IMG/VR virus record: IMGVR_UViG_3300046170_000299
Reading direction: 5' to 3' (one strand)
Length of the DNA: 64,000 nucleotides
DNA from: a virus
Shown: in pieces, positions 1 to 8,621 of the stretch
How the letters are laid out: each line of letters starts with the position of its first letter
How positions within the stretch are numbered: position 1 is the first letter of the stretch
Program-made: the position numbers and the translations under genes
The notes under the pieces: model-generated
Told to the model about the DNA's origin: nothing
Databases searched by the model: none
Seen by the model: only the letters and a program-made list of their open reading frames with translations

Positions 1-2484
1 TATGGGTCACAAGTTGACCCATATAAAGATGGGGCAGAAGAAGTAACAGAATCAGGCACTACTGAAACATCAGGTGTTTCTGAAAAGGGTGCTAGAACAG
101 GTTCTGGTCTATCTACAGGAAGAGAAGTTGAGGATGAAGATGGTGAAAAGAGAGAAGACGTTCCTGTACCACCAGCAACAAAAGAAAGATTGAAAAGAGA
201 AGAGTGGTGTCAAAGTGTTGCTGAAAAATGCAAAGACCAAGATTTAAAAACACAGATGACCAATATTGTTGGTCAGATGTTAGCTGATATACAGAATAAT
301 GGTGGCAACATTGGAGATTTTTATGTTAACAAAGTTAGTGGTGGTGTAAACAGTTCAATTGCTAAGGCTAGAACATCTATTAACAAAGCACAGCGTGTTG
401 TTACTGAGTTCTTGGCAAGAATTAAAGGTTATATTAAACAACAATTACAGGAGGCTGTAGACAACTTAGTGAAGGCATTACTGAAACCAGATGAAACTGG
501 TAATGCTTTAACTCCTGTAACAGAATTCTTCAACAATGCTTTGAAAGACCTTGGTTGTCAAATGGCAGACTTGGGTGAACGTTTGATGGCATGGTTAACA
601 AATGTATTGATGAGTTATGTCAACAAAGCATATCGCGCTGCTATTTGTCATATAGATGAGTTTGTAAATGGAATCATCTCTAAGATCAATCAGTTGATTA
701 CTGAAATCCTTGGTAAAATATTAGGACCTTTACAAGATATTCTTGGTGCTATTGCTGAACCACTTAATATGATTGGTCAAGCTATCAATTTTGTTCTAAA
801 ACTTCTTGGCATTTCTTGTTCTGGTCCAGATCAAACATGTAATAAGTACAAGAAAGCATGTACTAATGGAGAAGAAGAAAAGAAAAAAGATGATGAAGAT
901 TTCTTGGATAATCTTTTGAGTAGTATTGATAATCTATTTGGAGATACTCCTGGTGATTATACACAGTATGTTTGTGAAGAAGCATATACTGGAAATCCAT
1001 TAACACTTACTACTATTGGATTTACTGGAGGTGTTCCTTTACCATATACACCAAAAGGTCCTGATGATGTATCTACAAAGAGACCAAAAATTACATATAA
1101 TATTCAAGATATTAAAGTAACTAGGGGTGATATTGCTATATTCACAATTAATCGTTCTGGATACCTAGGATCTGCTTCTTCTGTTACATTCAAAACTTTA
1201 GATACACAAGGTACAGCAACTCCTGAGGAGGATTACTTACCAGCAAATACAATTGTTGGTTTTCAACCAGAAGAAACTTCAAAAACTGTTGAGATTCGGA
1301 CGTTTGGAGATCCATTATCTGATAGATCAACAGAAAAATTTTATGTAAGTATCAAGAAAAATAGTCCAATTGATAGTAGCGGAATCAAATCATTTTTTAC
1401 ATCTAATATTGCAGAGTGTGAGATTTCACCACAACCAATTAAAGAAGTATATCCTCCATACAAACCACCAGCAGAAAATCCAATTGATATTGATGTTCCT
1501 GAAGATCCTGTGACTCCTCCTGATGATGATGGAGATGGTACGCCAAATGATCCTACCGACGATCCATCTAACACTACACCTTCTTATGAAGTTGTAGCTA
1601 ACAGATCTATTTGTCCAGAAGATGAATTTATTATCTATTCAATTACTACTAGTAATGTAGATAATGGAACTATTTTATTCTACAACTTATTCGGTCAAGG
1701 TATTACATCTGATGATATCATTAATGGGTCTTTAACTGGATCATTTGTTGTTAACAATGGAAAAGCACAAGTAACTGTTGGTATTGCAGAAGATGATGTA
1801 GTAGAAGAGGCAGAAAATCTAACTTTTGCTATTACAGGTAAGGGAGCTACTGCAGATGTTTTAATTGTATCAAGAAAAGATCTAAACCTTCCTGATTTTG
1901 ATGAAAGTGTTGGTGATTCTATTGAGAGTGTATTTGAGGAGTTTAAACCACCTGCAATTAATATTCCTGATGTAATTACTGATGATAATGGTGGTATTAT
2001 CGAAATTCCTGTGGATAATCCTGGCGATCCATGGGCAGAACCACCATTCGTATTCATTGGTGGGGAAGGAGTTGGTGCAACTGCAACGGCATTATTAGAT
2101 GACAATGGATTCTTAACTGAAATTCGTGTCATCTCACCAGGATTTGGTTATAAGAAAAACCGCTCTGATGATAACGACAAGAGATGTGTCATTGATACAT
2201 TTACCGCTGTTAAATTTGGAATTGGATACAAAGTTAAACCAGAGATTTTTATTAATGATGAACCAGGATTAGCAGAAGCTATCATTAATGATGATGGATT
2301 TTTAATTGGTGCTAGAATTCTCAATAGAACAAAAACTTTTGAAGGATTTCCTGAGATCAAAGTCGTTGGTGGTGGTGGATATGGAGGACAATTGTTACCT
2401 TCATTAGTATGTCTAGATACAGATGGACTTTCCAAGATTGGTTCTACTAAAATTGGTACAGGTCGTTATGTTGATTGTCCTTAG
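1..2484 (+). CDS. Baseplate hub protein (cyanophage gp5-associated), 5'-partial, with a Calx-beta domain
   Basis: Frame 1 is open from base 1 into the ORF-track ORF at 190. Contains a Calx-beta-like stretch (IKVTRGDIAIFTINRSG...SVTFKT...GTAT...DY...VGFQPEETSKTVEI), a D/P-rich linker and GGEGVGATATA/GGGGYGG repeats typical of cyanophage baseplate proteins. Confidence 0.6.
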   Translation, partial: YGSQVDPYKDGAEEVTESGTTETSGVSEKGARTGSGLSTGREVEDEDGEKREDVPVPPATKERLKREEWCQSVAEKCKDQDLKTQMTNIVGQMLADIQNNGGNIGDFYVNKVSGGVNSSIAKARTSINKAQRVVTEFLARIKGYIKQQLQEAVDNLVKALLKPDETGNALTPVTEFFNNALKDLGCQMADLGERLMAWLTNVLMSYVNKAYRAAICHIDEFVNGIISKINQLITEILGKILGPLQDILGAIAEPLNMIGQAINFVLKLLGISCSGPDQTCNKYKKACTNGEEEKKKDDEDFLDNLLSSIDNLFGDTPGDYTQYVCEEAYTGNPLTLTTIGFTGGVPLPYTPKGPDDVSTKRPKITYNIQDIKVTRGDIAIFTINRSGYLGSASSVTFKTLDTQGTATPEEDYLPANTIVGFQPEETSKTVEIRTFGDPLSDRSTEKFYVSIKKNSPIDSSGIKSFFTSNIAECEISPQPIKEVYPPYKPPAENPIDIDVPEDPVTPPDDDGDGTPNDPTDDPSNTTPSYEVVANRSICPEDEFIIYSITTSNVDNGTILFYNLFGQGITSDDIINGSLTGSFVVNNGKAQVTVGIAEDDVVEEAENLTFAITGKGATADVLIVSRKDLNLPDFDESVGDSIESVFEEFKPPAINIPDVITDDNGGIIEIPVDNPGDPWAEPPFVFIGGEGVGATATALLDDNGFLTEIRVISPGFGYKKNRSDDNDKRCVIDTFTAVKFGIGYKVKPEIFINDEPGLAEAIINDDGFLIGARILNRTKTFEGFPEIKVVGGGGYGGQLLPSLVCLDTDGLSKIGSTKIGTGRYVDCP

Positions 2485-2496
2485 GAGATGTAGATA

Positions 2497-3378
2497 ATGG
2501 CAGCTGCTTCACAAAAAACTTATAATAGTATTAAGAAGGATGGTATTGCAAAACCAACAACTCCTGATGAAACACAAGATACCAGTGGTATTAGATTGTC
2601 TTATGCTTATAAAGGGTTTAGGACAAGAGCATCTATCTATGAAAGAATACTTCCAGATAAACTCACAACAGCATTGTGTATTGATGGTCCTTCAGGTTCT
2701 GATAATGCAATGACCTTCCATAATGATGGGAGAATTACTGTCATGACTGGAGCAAGAGATCCTAATAAAGGTGCTGCTAGTGGAAAATTAAATATCACAA
2801 CGTATGGTGGTCTTCATAAACATGAAGGCAGAGTTAATATGGAGTTTAACGAAGGTGATAATCAAAAACCACAAGGTGATGGACAAGCATTAAACATCAT
2901 ATGTTATGGGGATTATATAGATGAGGCTAAAGGATCAGAAAGAATTATAAAAGCAAATATAATTAGAATCGAAGCTGTTGAAGAATTAGTTTTATCGGGT
3001 GGATCTATTAAAATTCAATCTCAGTCTGATATTGAGATGGCTGCTACTGCTATCAACTCTGCACAAATCAATAAGAAGGATATTATTCTAGGTCAGAAGA
3101 TGAGTTTTGGTGCTGGAGAAGAAACTTCAATCCAGTTTGACCCAAGATCTAATCAATCTGTTGTTTCACCAGGTCATATTAGTCATGTTATTGCTGGAGA
3201 CTACAAACAATACATTGGTGGTGTATCTAATATCACCGCTGCTGGTGGTACGTTTGCTGTTCCTTTAGTGAAAGACAGATTCAATACATATAAAGTGAAA
3301 TCCCTTTTAGGAAACACAGAGATTTCCTCTACAGTAGGAACCACTTCTATAAAAGGATTGTTAGTTTACCTTAATTAA
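2497..3378 (+). CDS. Baseplate hub/spike-associated structural protein
   Basis: 293-aa ORF directly downstream of the hub gene; beta-rich C-terminal half reminiscent of gp5 beta-helix segments. Context-based call. Confidence 0.4.
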   Translation: MAAASQKTYNSIKKDGIAKPTTPDETQDTSGIRLSYAYKGFRTRASIYERILPDKLTTALCIDGPSGSDNAMTFHNDGRITVMTGARDPNKGAASGKLNITTYGGLHKHEGRVNMEFNEGDNQKPQGDGQALNIICYGDYIDEAKGSERIIKANIIRIEAVEELVLSGGSIKIQSQSDIEMAATAINSAQINKKDIILGQKMSFGAGEETSIQFDPRSNQSVVSPGHISHVIAGDYKQYIGGVSNITAAGGTFAVPLVKDRFNTYKVKSLLGNTEISSTVGTTSIKGLLVYLN

Positions 3379-3382
3379 AATT

Positions 3383-3664
3383 ATGATTTTTTGGATTGGA
3401 TTCTTTGTCATGTTCTTCAATGAAGGATTTGTTATGATGAGACACGTATCACCGTGGTTCTCTAGACAAAGAGATAAATTTATTGAAAAGTATGGTGCAA
3501 ACGCATGGTATAGATTCCATGGTATACTTGACTATACTTGGATTGTACTAGTAGCTATTGGTTTAATTGTAAACCCCAATAGAGTAATACATGTTATGGC
3601 ATTAGTAACTTTCTGGGTATTATCTTTCATTATATTTTACTTACCGAGATGGATCCGCAGATGA
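3383..3664 (+). CDS. Hypothetical membrane protein
   Basis: 93 aa with about three hydrophobic segments. Confidence 0.6.
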   Translation: MIFWIGFFVMFFNEGFVMMRHVSPWFSRQRDKFIEKYGANAWYRFHGILDYTWIVLVAIGLIVNPNRVIHVMALVTFWVLSFIIFYLPRWIRR

Positions 3665-3888
3665 ATCAAATTACAGTTTTCATATACCTGATATGTTTTG
3701 TTAGTCTATTGGGAGCTACATTTGCGTTCATGTTTACTATGATGACATCAACACTTAAAGAATTTGATAAACCTAAAAAGAAAAATAATACCGTATTACC
3801 CGCACCTCATCCTGAAATGGAAGGAGTCAAGTCTGGAACGGAATTGCTAGTATTCAGAAGCGAAGACAATGATTTAGAGGATAATTGA
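3649..3888 (+). CDS. DUF2973-like small membrane protein
   Basis: N-terminal TM helix followed by PAPHPEM...ELLVF, resembling the cyanobacterial/cyanophage HPE-motif family. Confidence 0.45.
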   Translation: MDPQMNQITVFIYLICFVSLLGATFAFMFTMMTSTLKEFDKPKKKNNTVLPAPHPEMEGVKSGTELLVFRSEDNDLEDN

Positions 3889-4023
3889 TAAGTTTAACTT
3901 ATTATAATGGTAAGGAATGCTCATAGCAAACTGGCACAAGGGGGGTTGATTTTTGGTCTCAACCCTGATAAATTAACCTTGTAGCAATCAGAGAAGGTGC
4001 CTCAACTAATCGCACCAACTCAC

Positions 4024-4052
4024 TTGACGCGCTCTGTATCATGTGCTATACT
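4024..4052 (+). promoter_or_regulatory. Sigma70-like promoter of the OMP-like gene
   Basis: TTGACG-N17-TATACT with extended TG. Confidence 0.75.
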
Positions 4053-4060
4053 TTTCAAGC

Positions 4061-4104
4061 AGTCGGGAATAACCGACTCTCCATCTGCGGGTAACCACTC
4101 CGCA
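4061..4104 (+). promoter_or_regulatory. Two-hairpin structured 5' UTR
   Basis: AGTCGG-gaataa-CCGACT and TGCGG(G)-taaccac-(T)CCGCA between the promoter and RBS (ACGAGGA). Confidence 0.55.
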
Positions 4105-4136
4105 AGCAAACAAACATTTAAACGAGGAAAATTTCA

Positions 4137-4511
4137 ATGATCAAAACCGCTTTTGCTGCCCTTGCAGCTGCTTCTGCAATCGCTGCTCCTGCCGCATTCG
4201 CTGGTCCTTACGTCAACGTAGAGGCTAACTCTGGTTGGACGGGATCCGATTATTCTGGGACGAATACAGACCTTCACGTAGGGTATGAAGGTGCTCTTGG
4301 CGAATCTGCATCATACTACGTCCAAGGAGGCGCTACTGTACTTTCTCCCGATGGCGGAGAATCTGACACTGTTCCTTCTGGTAAGGCAGGCGTTGGCGTT
4401 GGCGTTACTGATGCTCTTGGTCTCTACGGAGAAGTCAGTTTCGTTGGTTCGGGTTCTGACAGCGTTGACCGTGGATACGGTACAAAGGCAGGTATCAAGT
4501 ATTCATTCTGA
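4137..4511 (+). CDS. Small outer-membrane beta-barrel-like protein with signal peptide
   Basis: Ala-rich Sec signal (…APAAFA), alternating amphipathic strands, C-terminal GIKYSF (terminal Phe), strong RBS, host-like codon usage. Confidence 0.7.
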   Translation: MIKTAFAALAAASAIAAPAAFAGPYVNVEANSGWTGSDYSGTNTDLHVGYEGALGESASYYVQGGATVLSPDGGESDTVPSGKAGVGVGVTDALGLYGEVSFVGSGSDSVDRGYGTKAGIKYSF

Positions 4512-4548
4512 TACTAGTTGCGTAATTGTAATGGTGTGATATAATAAC

Positions 4549-4574
4549 AGGGAGTCTTAGGACTCCCTTTTTTT
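4549..4574 (+). terminator. Rho-independent terminator
   Basis: AGGGAGTC-ttag-GACTCCCT followed by a T run. Confidence 0.85.
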
Positions 4575-4605
4575 ATTCTAAATATCAACGGTTAGTAATT
4601 AAAAT

Positions 4606-4920
4606 ATGCTTTCTACTCAATATAGATTAAGATTAGAAGGTATTTGCAAAAAAATTGCAAATAACGAAGCGGTAGTTCTGCAAGACATGATCTGGGCAGA
4701 GAAACTTTCTAAATCTCATACAACCGCAAGAGAATGGTTGAGGCAAGCTAGAAGACAATCTTCACAAAATATAGAGGAGGGAAGTACCGAGGATTTTTTG
4801 AATAGGATGGGTTTAGGAGATCCTGATCCGTCCAAACATAGAACTAAATTTGACGGTGCTGATGATATAAAAGAATGGTTTCACCAAGACAAACCTGATG
4901 ATTGGAGGCAAAGGGATTGA
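4606..4920 (+). CDS. Conserved cyanophage hypothetical protein
   Basis: 104-aa ORF behind late-type TAAATA at 4579. Confidence 0.6.
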   Translation: MLSTQYRLRLEGICKKIANNEAVVLQDMIWAEKLSKSHTTAREWLRQARRQSSQNIEEGSTEDFLNRMGLGDPDPSKHRTKFDGADDIKEWFHQDKPDDWRQRD

Positions 4921-4928
4921 GTAGTAAG

Positions 4929-5217
4929 ATGATGTTCTTGGTTGATGCTGGTGACGGTAGATGCATCAGTCACGATGGATACATACAATTGGGTAGTTTC
5001 TCTCATTCTGTAGAGAAGCATCTAGAGTTAAATCCAGAACAAGAATGGCAGGTAACATATTGGATGCCTGATCCATTCTATATGAGATATCCACGACCTA
5101 ATTATCAGCACACTATGAAGGCGAACGAAGGTTCTCCCTAAAACTGATAATGCTACTGATAGTCGTCCTAGAGACTTCCCCGACCAAACAACAACCAGAT
5201 TAGAGAGAACATTATGA
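4929..5217 (+). CDS. Hypothetical protein interrupted by a +1 base at CCC-TAA (5136-5141)
   Basis: Removing one C gives a 95-aa ORF ending ...NEGSPKTDNATDSRPRDFPDQTTTRLERTL* whose TGA overlaps the next ATG (ATGA). Confidence 0.55.
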
Positions 5218-5345
5218 ATGATTTTCTAGACAACCTAGCAGCAAACCAATATCAAAAACAAAAGGATAGAGATACCATCAAGGATCTAAGAACGTGAAAT
5301 TGATGAACTCAAATCACAAATCGTAGTTTTAAAATCAATGAAACT

Positions 5346-5585
5346 ATGAATGATTTCAAGATTACTCCTCAAACATACATTGATATGAATAAGGAGTTTG
5401 AAGAAGACGATATTCCTTTTAGGATTGTTATTCCTACACAGGAAGCGATTGATAAGCATCGTTCACAACCACCACTTCCTTATAACACACCACCAGCAGT
5501 GGACATGGTTGCTGAAATGTGGGCAGAGCACAATAGAATAGAGGAAGAACGCAAACTACAACTTGAGATAGATCTAGGAGAATAA
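5346..5585 (+). CDS. Hypothetical protein
   Basis: 79-aa ORF in the co-directional gene run. Confidence 0.55.
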   Translation: MNDFKITPQTYIDMNKEFEEDDIPFRIVIPTQEAIDKHRSQPPLPYNTPPAVDMVAEMWAEHNRIEEERKLQLEIDLGE

Positions 5586-5589
5586 ATCA

Positions 5590-5844
5590 ATGTCAAATTT
5601 AACAGCTGTAATTTACAGTAATGGTAGTCAAGAATGTGATCGCATGGCATCACTTTTAAAAGTATTACCTCAAGTTGAAGATTTTCATAGATACGAACTA
5701 GATAAGGATTTTACCAAACAGCAATTTCAAATGGAATTTGGAGGAGATGCATCATACCCTCAAGTTTCATTAGGCAACAAGCATATTGGTAATATGCATG
5801 ATACATTAAGCTACATGAAAAACATACACATGCTTGACAAATAA
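5590..5844 (+). CDS. Glutaredoxin-like protein (SxxC variant)
   Basis: VIYSNGSQECDRM...F...FG..ASYPQV.LG.KHIG matches the glutaredoxin fold pattern (cis-Pro 'YPQV'). Confidence 0.7.
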   Translation: MSNLTAVIYSNGSQECDRMASLLKVLPQVEDFHRYELDKDFTKQQFQMEFGGDASYPQVSLGNKHIGNMHDTLSYMKNIHMLDK

Positions 5845-5885
5845 AATCAAACCATGTACAATTTAAACCATATGACCTTATTAGC

Positions 5886-6083
5886 ATGAATTATAAACCC
5901 TATAGTATGGAGTGGAACAGGCGTCGTTACTTAGCAGAAGCGATTAAGACCTATTTTAATGATGATGTTGACCCTAACATTGTTGTTGATGATATTCGTG
6001 ATGTCCTTACTGAGGAAATTGATTACTATAGGGGACGTGCTGATGATTTACAACAAGTAATGGACGGTATTAACAATGACTAA
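5886..6083 (+). CDS. Hypothetical protein
   Basis: 65 aa, downstream of TTGACA-N16-TACAAT (5834-5861). Confidence 0.55.
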   Translation: MNYKPYSMEWNRRRYLAEAIKTYFNDDVDPNIVVDDIRDVLTEEIDYYRGRADDLQQVMDGINND

Positions 6084-6285
6084 GAAAAGCTTTAAGAAAA
6101 CAGATAAGAAAGGTCGTGAAGAAGAGTGGATTTGGGAGGAGAGTCCAGAACTCAAAGCATTTATCAAACAACAATCAATTATCAAACTGTCTGCGCCACC
6201 CACACGCCCCATCTAATCTGCTATACTAAGGGAGTTGAGAGGTAAACCAAATGTGTTTCCTTACGTGAAACCGCCTCTCACAACC

Positions 6286-6368
6286 GCGAGTATGGCGGAA
6301 TCGGTAGACGCATCAGACTTAAAATCTGCTGACCATTGGTCGTGGGAGTTCAAGTCTCCCTACTCGCA
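6286..6368 (+). tRNA. trnL: tRNA-Leu (anticodon TAA), no encoded CCA
   Basis: Acceptor GCGAGTA/TACTCGC, D-loop GGCGGAATCGGTAGACGC, anticodon loop CT-TAA-AA, long variable arm, T-loop GTTCAAGTC. Confidence 0.93.
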
Positions 6369-6403
6369 TTCTTGTTAAATAGAACATGAAACGCTGACAA
6401 AAG

Positions 6404-6664
6404 ATGAAGTATACCATTAGCAGAAAACATTGTTTTGTTGACAACGAACCTGTTTTAATGTATTATATTCAGGAGATACCATTTGCTTTTGATGTTCTAG
6501 AAAGAGAAGAGAAAGAAGACAAGTGGATCTTGTCTGAAGCAGCAATAAATCAAGAGTATACCTTAGAAGATATTTTTAAATTCTCTGATTATTTAATTGC
6601 TGAAGAATGCCATCCAGTTTTATTTGAATTAGATCTCGTTAATCCAGAGCTTATACCAGAATGA
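6404..6664 (+). CDS. Hypothetical protein
   Basis: 86 aa behind TAAATA (6376); ATGA overlap with cpeT. Confidence 0.55.
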   Translation: MKYTISRKHCFVDNEPVLMYYIQEIPFAFDVLEREEKEDKWILSEAAINQEYTLEDIFKFSDYLIAEECHPVLFELDLVNPELIPE

Positions 6665-7176
6665 GTTTTATTGAATTATTGGTTGGGACATTTGCTAACA
6701 AACGTCAAGCACAATCCCATCCTACACGTTTTGCACACATTCGTGTTTCTCACCGTTTGATTGGAGAAAACCGTATCTACGGAGAACAAGCATACAACTA
6801 TCTACTCAATCGTCCATATCGTCAGTTTGTGATCGATGTGGTTCAGGTTGGAGAAGAGTATCATCTAAAGAATTATGAGATTGCAAATCCTCTACAGTTT
6901 GCGGAGTGTAAAGGTCTCGAACAAATTACAGATGATATGTTGACATATCGTGAGGGTTGTGATATTATTATGAGACAGACAGGCACAGAATCTTACTTCG
7001 GTGGGACATCTACCTGCCACTGTAATGTCAATTGGAATGGTATTGATACTTTTGTCCAGAATGAGGTAAGACTCACTAAGGACGAATACCATGTAACTGA
7101 CAAAGGATTACATGTAGAAAACCATACTAAAGTATGGGGTTCTGATTACGGAGCATTTAAATTCGTAAGGCAGTGA
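6661..7176 (+). CDS. cpeT: CpeT/CpcT-like phycobiliprotein (T-type) lyase
   Basis: Motifs N..QA..HP..FAHI, YGEQAY....PYRQ, REGCD, D.G......WGS.YG.F.F.R are characteristic of T-type bilin lyases, a known cyanophage AMG. Confidence 0.88.
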   Translation: MSFIELLVGTFANKRQAQSHPTRFAHIRVSHRLIGENRIYGEQAYNYLLNRPYRQFVIDVVQVGEEYHLKNYEIANPLQFAECKGLEQITDDMLTYREGCDIIMRQTGTESYFGGTSTCHCNVNWNGIDTFVQNEVRLTKDEYHVTDKGLHVENHTKVWGSDYGAFKFVRQ

Positions 7177-7183
7177 TGCCGTC

Positions 7184-7255
7184 GCCTGATTAGCTCAGTG
7201 GTAGAGCAACGCTTTTGTAAAGCGTAGGTCGTCAGTTCAAATCTGACATTAGGCT
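7184..7255 (+). tRNA. trnT: tRNA-Thr (anticodon TGT), no encoded CCA
   Basis: Acceptor GCCTGAT/ATTAGGC, TAGCTCAGTGGTAGAGC, anticodon stem ACGCT-TT-TGT-AA-AGCGT, T-arm GTCAG-TTCAAAT-CTGAC. Confidence 0.93.
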
Positions 7256-7277
7256 TTAGAGATTGATCATCTCTATA

Positions 7278-7443
7278 GGGAGTGACTGAATAAACTTACT
7301 GGCAACCGCTGGTTAAGGTGATGAGACACAGGTGGTGCTGCTATCTTAGGATATGAATCGATTTACCAATCGGGTCTCAGGCAAAGATGAATTACTCTGT
7401 AGTAATGCCCGTCTTTTGTTGGTACACAGGAATCCAACCTCCC
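7278..7443 (+). ncRNA. Probable manA-class structured RNA (cyanophage, tRNA-associated)
   Basis: Non-coding, about 165 nt, closed by GGGAG/CTCCC, with internal stems (GAGAC/GTCTC, CGATT/AATCG, GTTGG/CCAAC, TTACT/AGTAA) right after tRNA-Thr. Resembles the manA motif from memory; not searched. Confidence 0.6.
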
Positions 7444-7535
7444 ACCCTTTTTATTTGAATAATCGGTAGCTTTACGGCAGAGCTAGCATCTTGCAAACAT
7501 AACCGTACCCATTGTAATCTTGCACAAAAAATCAA

Positions 7536-8525
7536 ATGCTAAAATATCAAAAACTTATTCCAGGTCAATTACCAGATGTATCTTGGTATGACCAACTTGA
7601 ACTACCTGAAGGAAAATCTTATCGGGTTACAGAGAGAGCTTGTCTCCCTATTGATGAAGTAATCAATACAAACTCATCAAACGAAGTTAACAATGAAGTT
7701 CGTTCAGTTGGAACTGACAACGTTAACAAAGAATTAATTAAGAACAATATTCTTGTCAATGGTGTGTTGGTCAGTGTACAACCTCCATATGTTTACGAGA
7801 GCAAACTTTTTGATGGGTTTACTCGTTATGACTCTTACATAGAACTTGGCGTTACTCATGTAGTCTTCAATATTCTTGAGTTGAAGAAAGGTTTTACTGA
7901 GCAACAAATGCGTGATGAGATTGGTCTAGGTGCCAATAATCATCCACCATCAAAGAGTGCCACAGTCAACGACTTTAAGAAGCGTTTGAACGGACACATT
8001 GATCATTTCAAGGTTGAGCATGAGATCCTTCCTTCTACTGGTCACTGCATTGATTGGGTTAATGATATCCCTCATTCATTCGCACCAAAGCAAGTAGTTG
8101 ACATTGTAGATGTATGCCTTAAGCAGCATCGTTGTTCTGCTAGTGTTCTTGCTATGGACTCTAACAAGACAAACCAGTGGTCAGCAAAATACTGCCCTAA
8201 TGATATGAAAATCATTCCTCTTAACGTTTCTTCTCAGAAGGGTGGTGGTGTAAAAGGAACCTACTTTGATCGTGCTTTTATCAGTGCATTTTATAGGGCA
8301 GGAGAACTATCCTTCCTTGGATACACTCAAGGTATTGAAGCGGAAGAGTTAGATCACTATCGTCAGAAGGCACAAGAAAAAATTGATGCCGCCAACGAAG
8401 CTTTTGAAAAAGCATTTCAGAAGCGTCTAGAAGAAGGAAAGAACTTCAAGATGTTTAAACTTGAAGGATTCGTTCCTCAGATTATGGGTGAAGAAGATCA
8501 CACCACTCTGATTGAAACTAACTAA
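7536..8525 (+). CDS. ParB/Srx-like N-terminal domain protein
   Basis: N..R...T...(I)..NI...G.....PP.V....LFDGFTR resembles the ParB-N DGxxR motif; ends with GLGANNHPPS. Confidence 0.5.
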   Translation: MLKYQKLIPGQLPDVSWYDQLELPEGKSYRVTERACLPIDEVINTNSSNEVNNEVRSVGTDNVNKELIKNNILVNGVLVSVQPPYVYESKLFDGFTRYDSYIELGVTHVVFNILELKKGFTEQQMRDEIGLGANNHPPSKSATVNDFKKRLNGHIDHFKVEHEILPSTGHCIDWVNDIPHSFAPKQVVDIVDVCLKQHRCSASVLAMDSNKTNQWSAKYCPNDMKIIPLNVSSQKGGGVKGTYFDRAFISAFYRAGELSFLGYTQGIEAEELDHYRQKAQEKIDAANEAFEKAFQKRLEEGKNFKMFKLEGFVPQIMGEEDHTTLIETN

Positions 8526-8531
8526 TAATTC

Positions 8532-8556
8532 AAGGGGGGCATACGCCCCCTTTTTT
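8532..8556 (+). terminator. Rho-independent terminator
   Basis: AAGGGGGGC-atac-GCCCCCTT plus T run. Confidence 0.8.
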
Positions 8557-8621
8557 AATATGGTCACTATAAAAGAACAATTACATTATATCTACATATG
8601 TTTTAGAGAAGTGTTTTTGAT

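Noticed and set aside
4518-4574. Promoter (TTGCGT...TGnTATAAT) immediately before a terminator hairpin
   Set aside because: The start site would fall inside the stem, a common phage arrangement that restarts transcription; not evidence of an sRNA.
6255-6275. GAAAC in a stem junction suggesting a hammerhead ribozyme
   Set aside because: The required CUGANGA core is absent.
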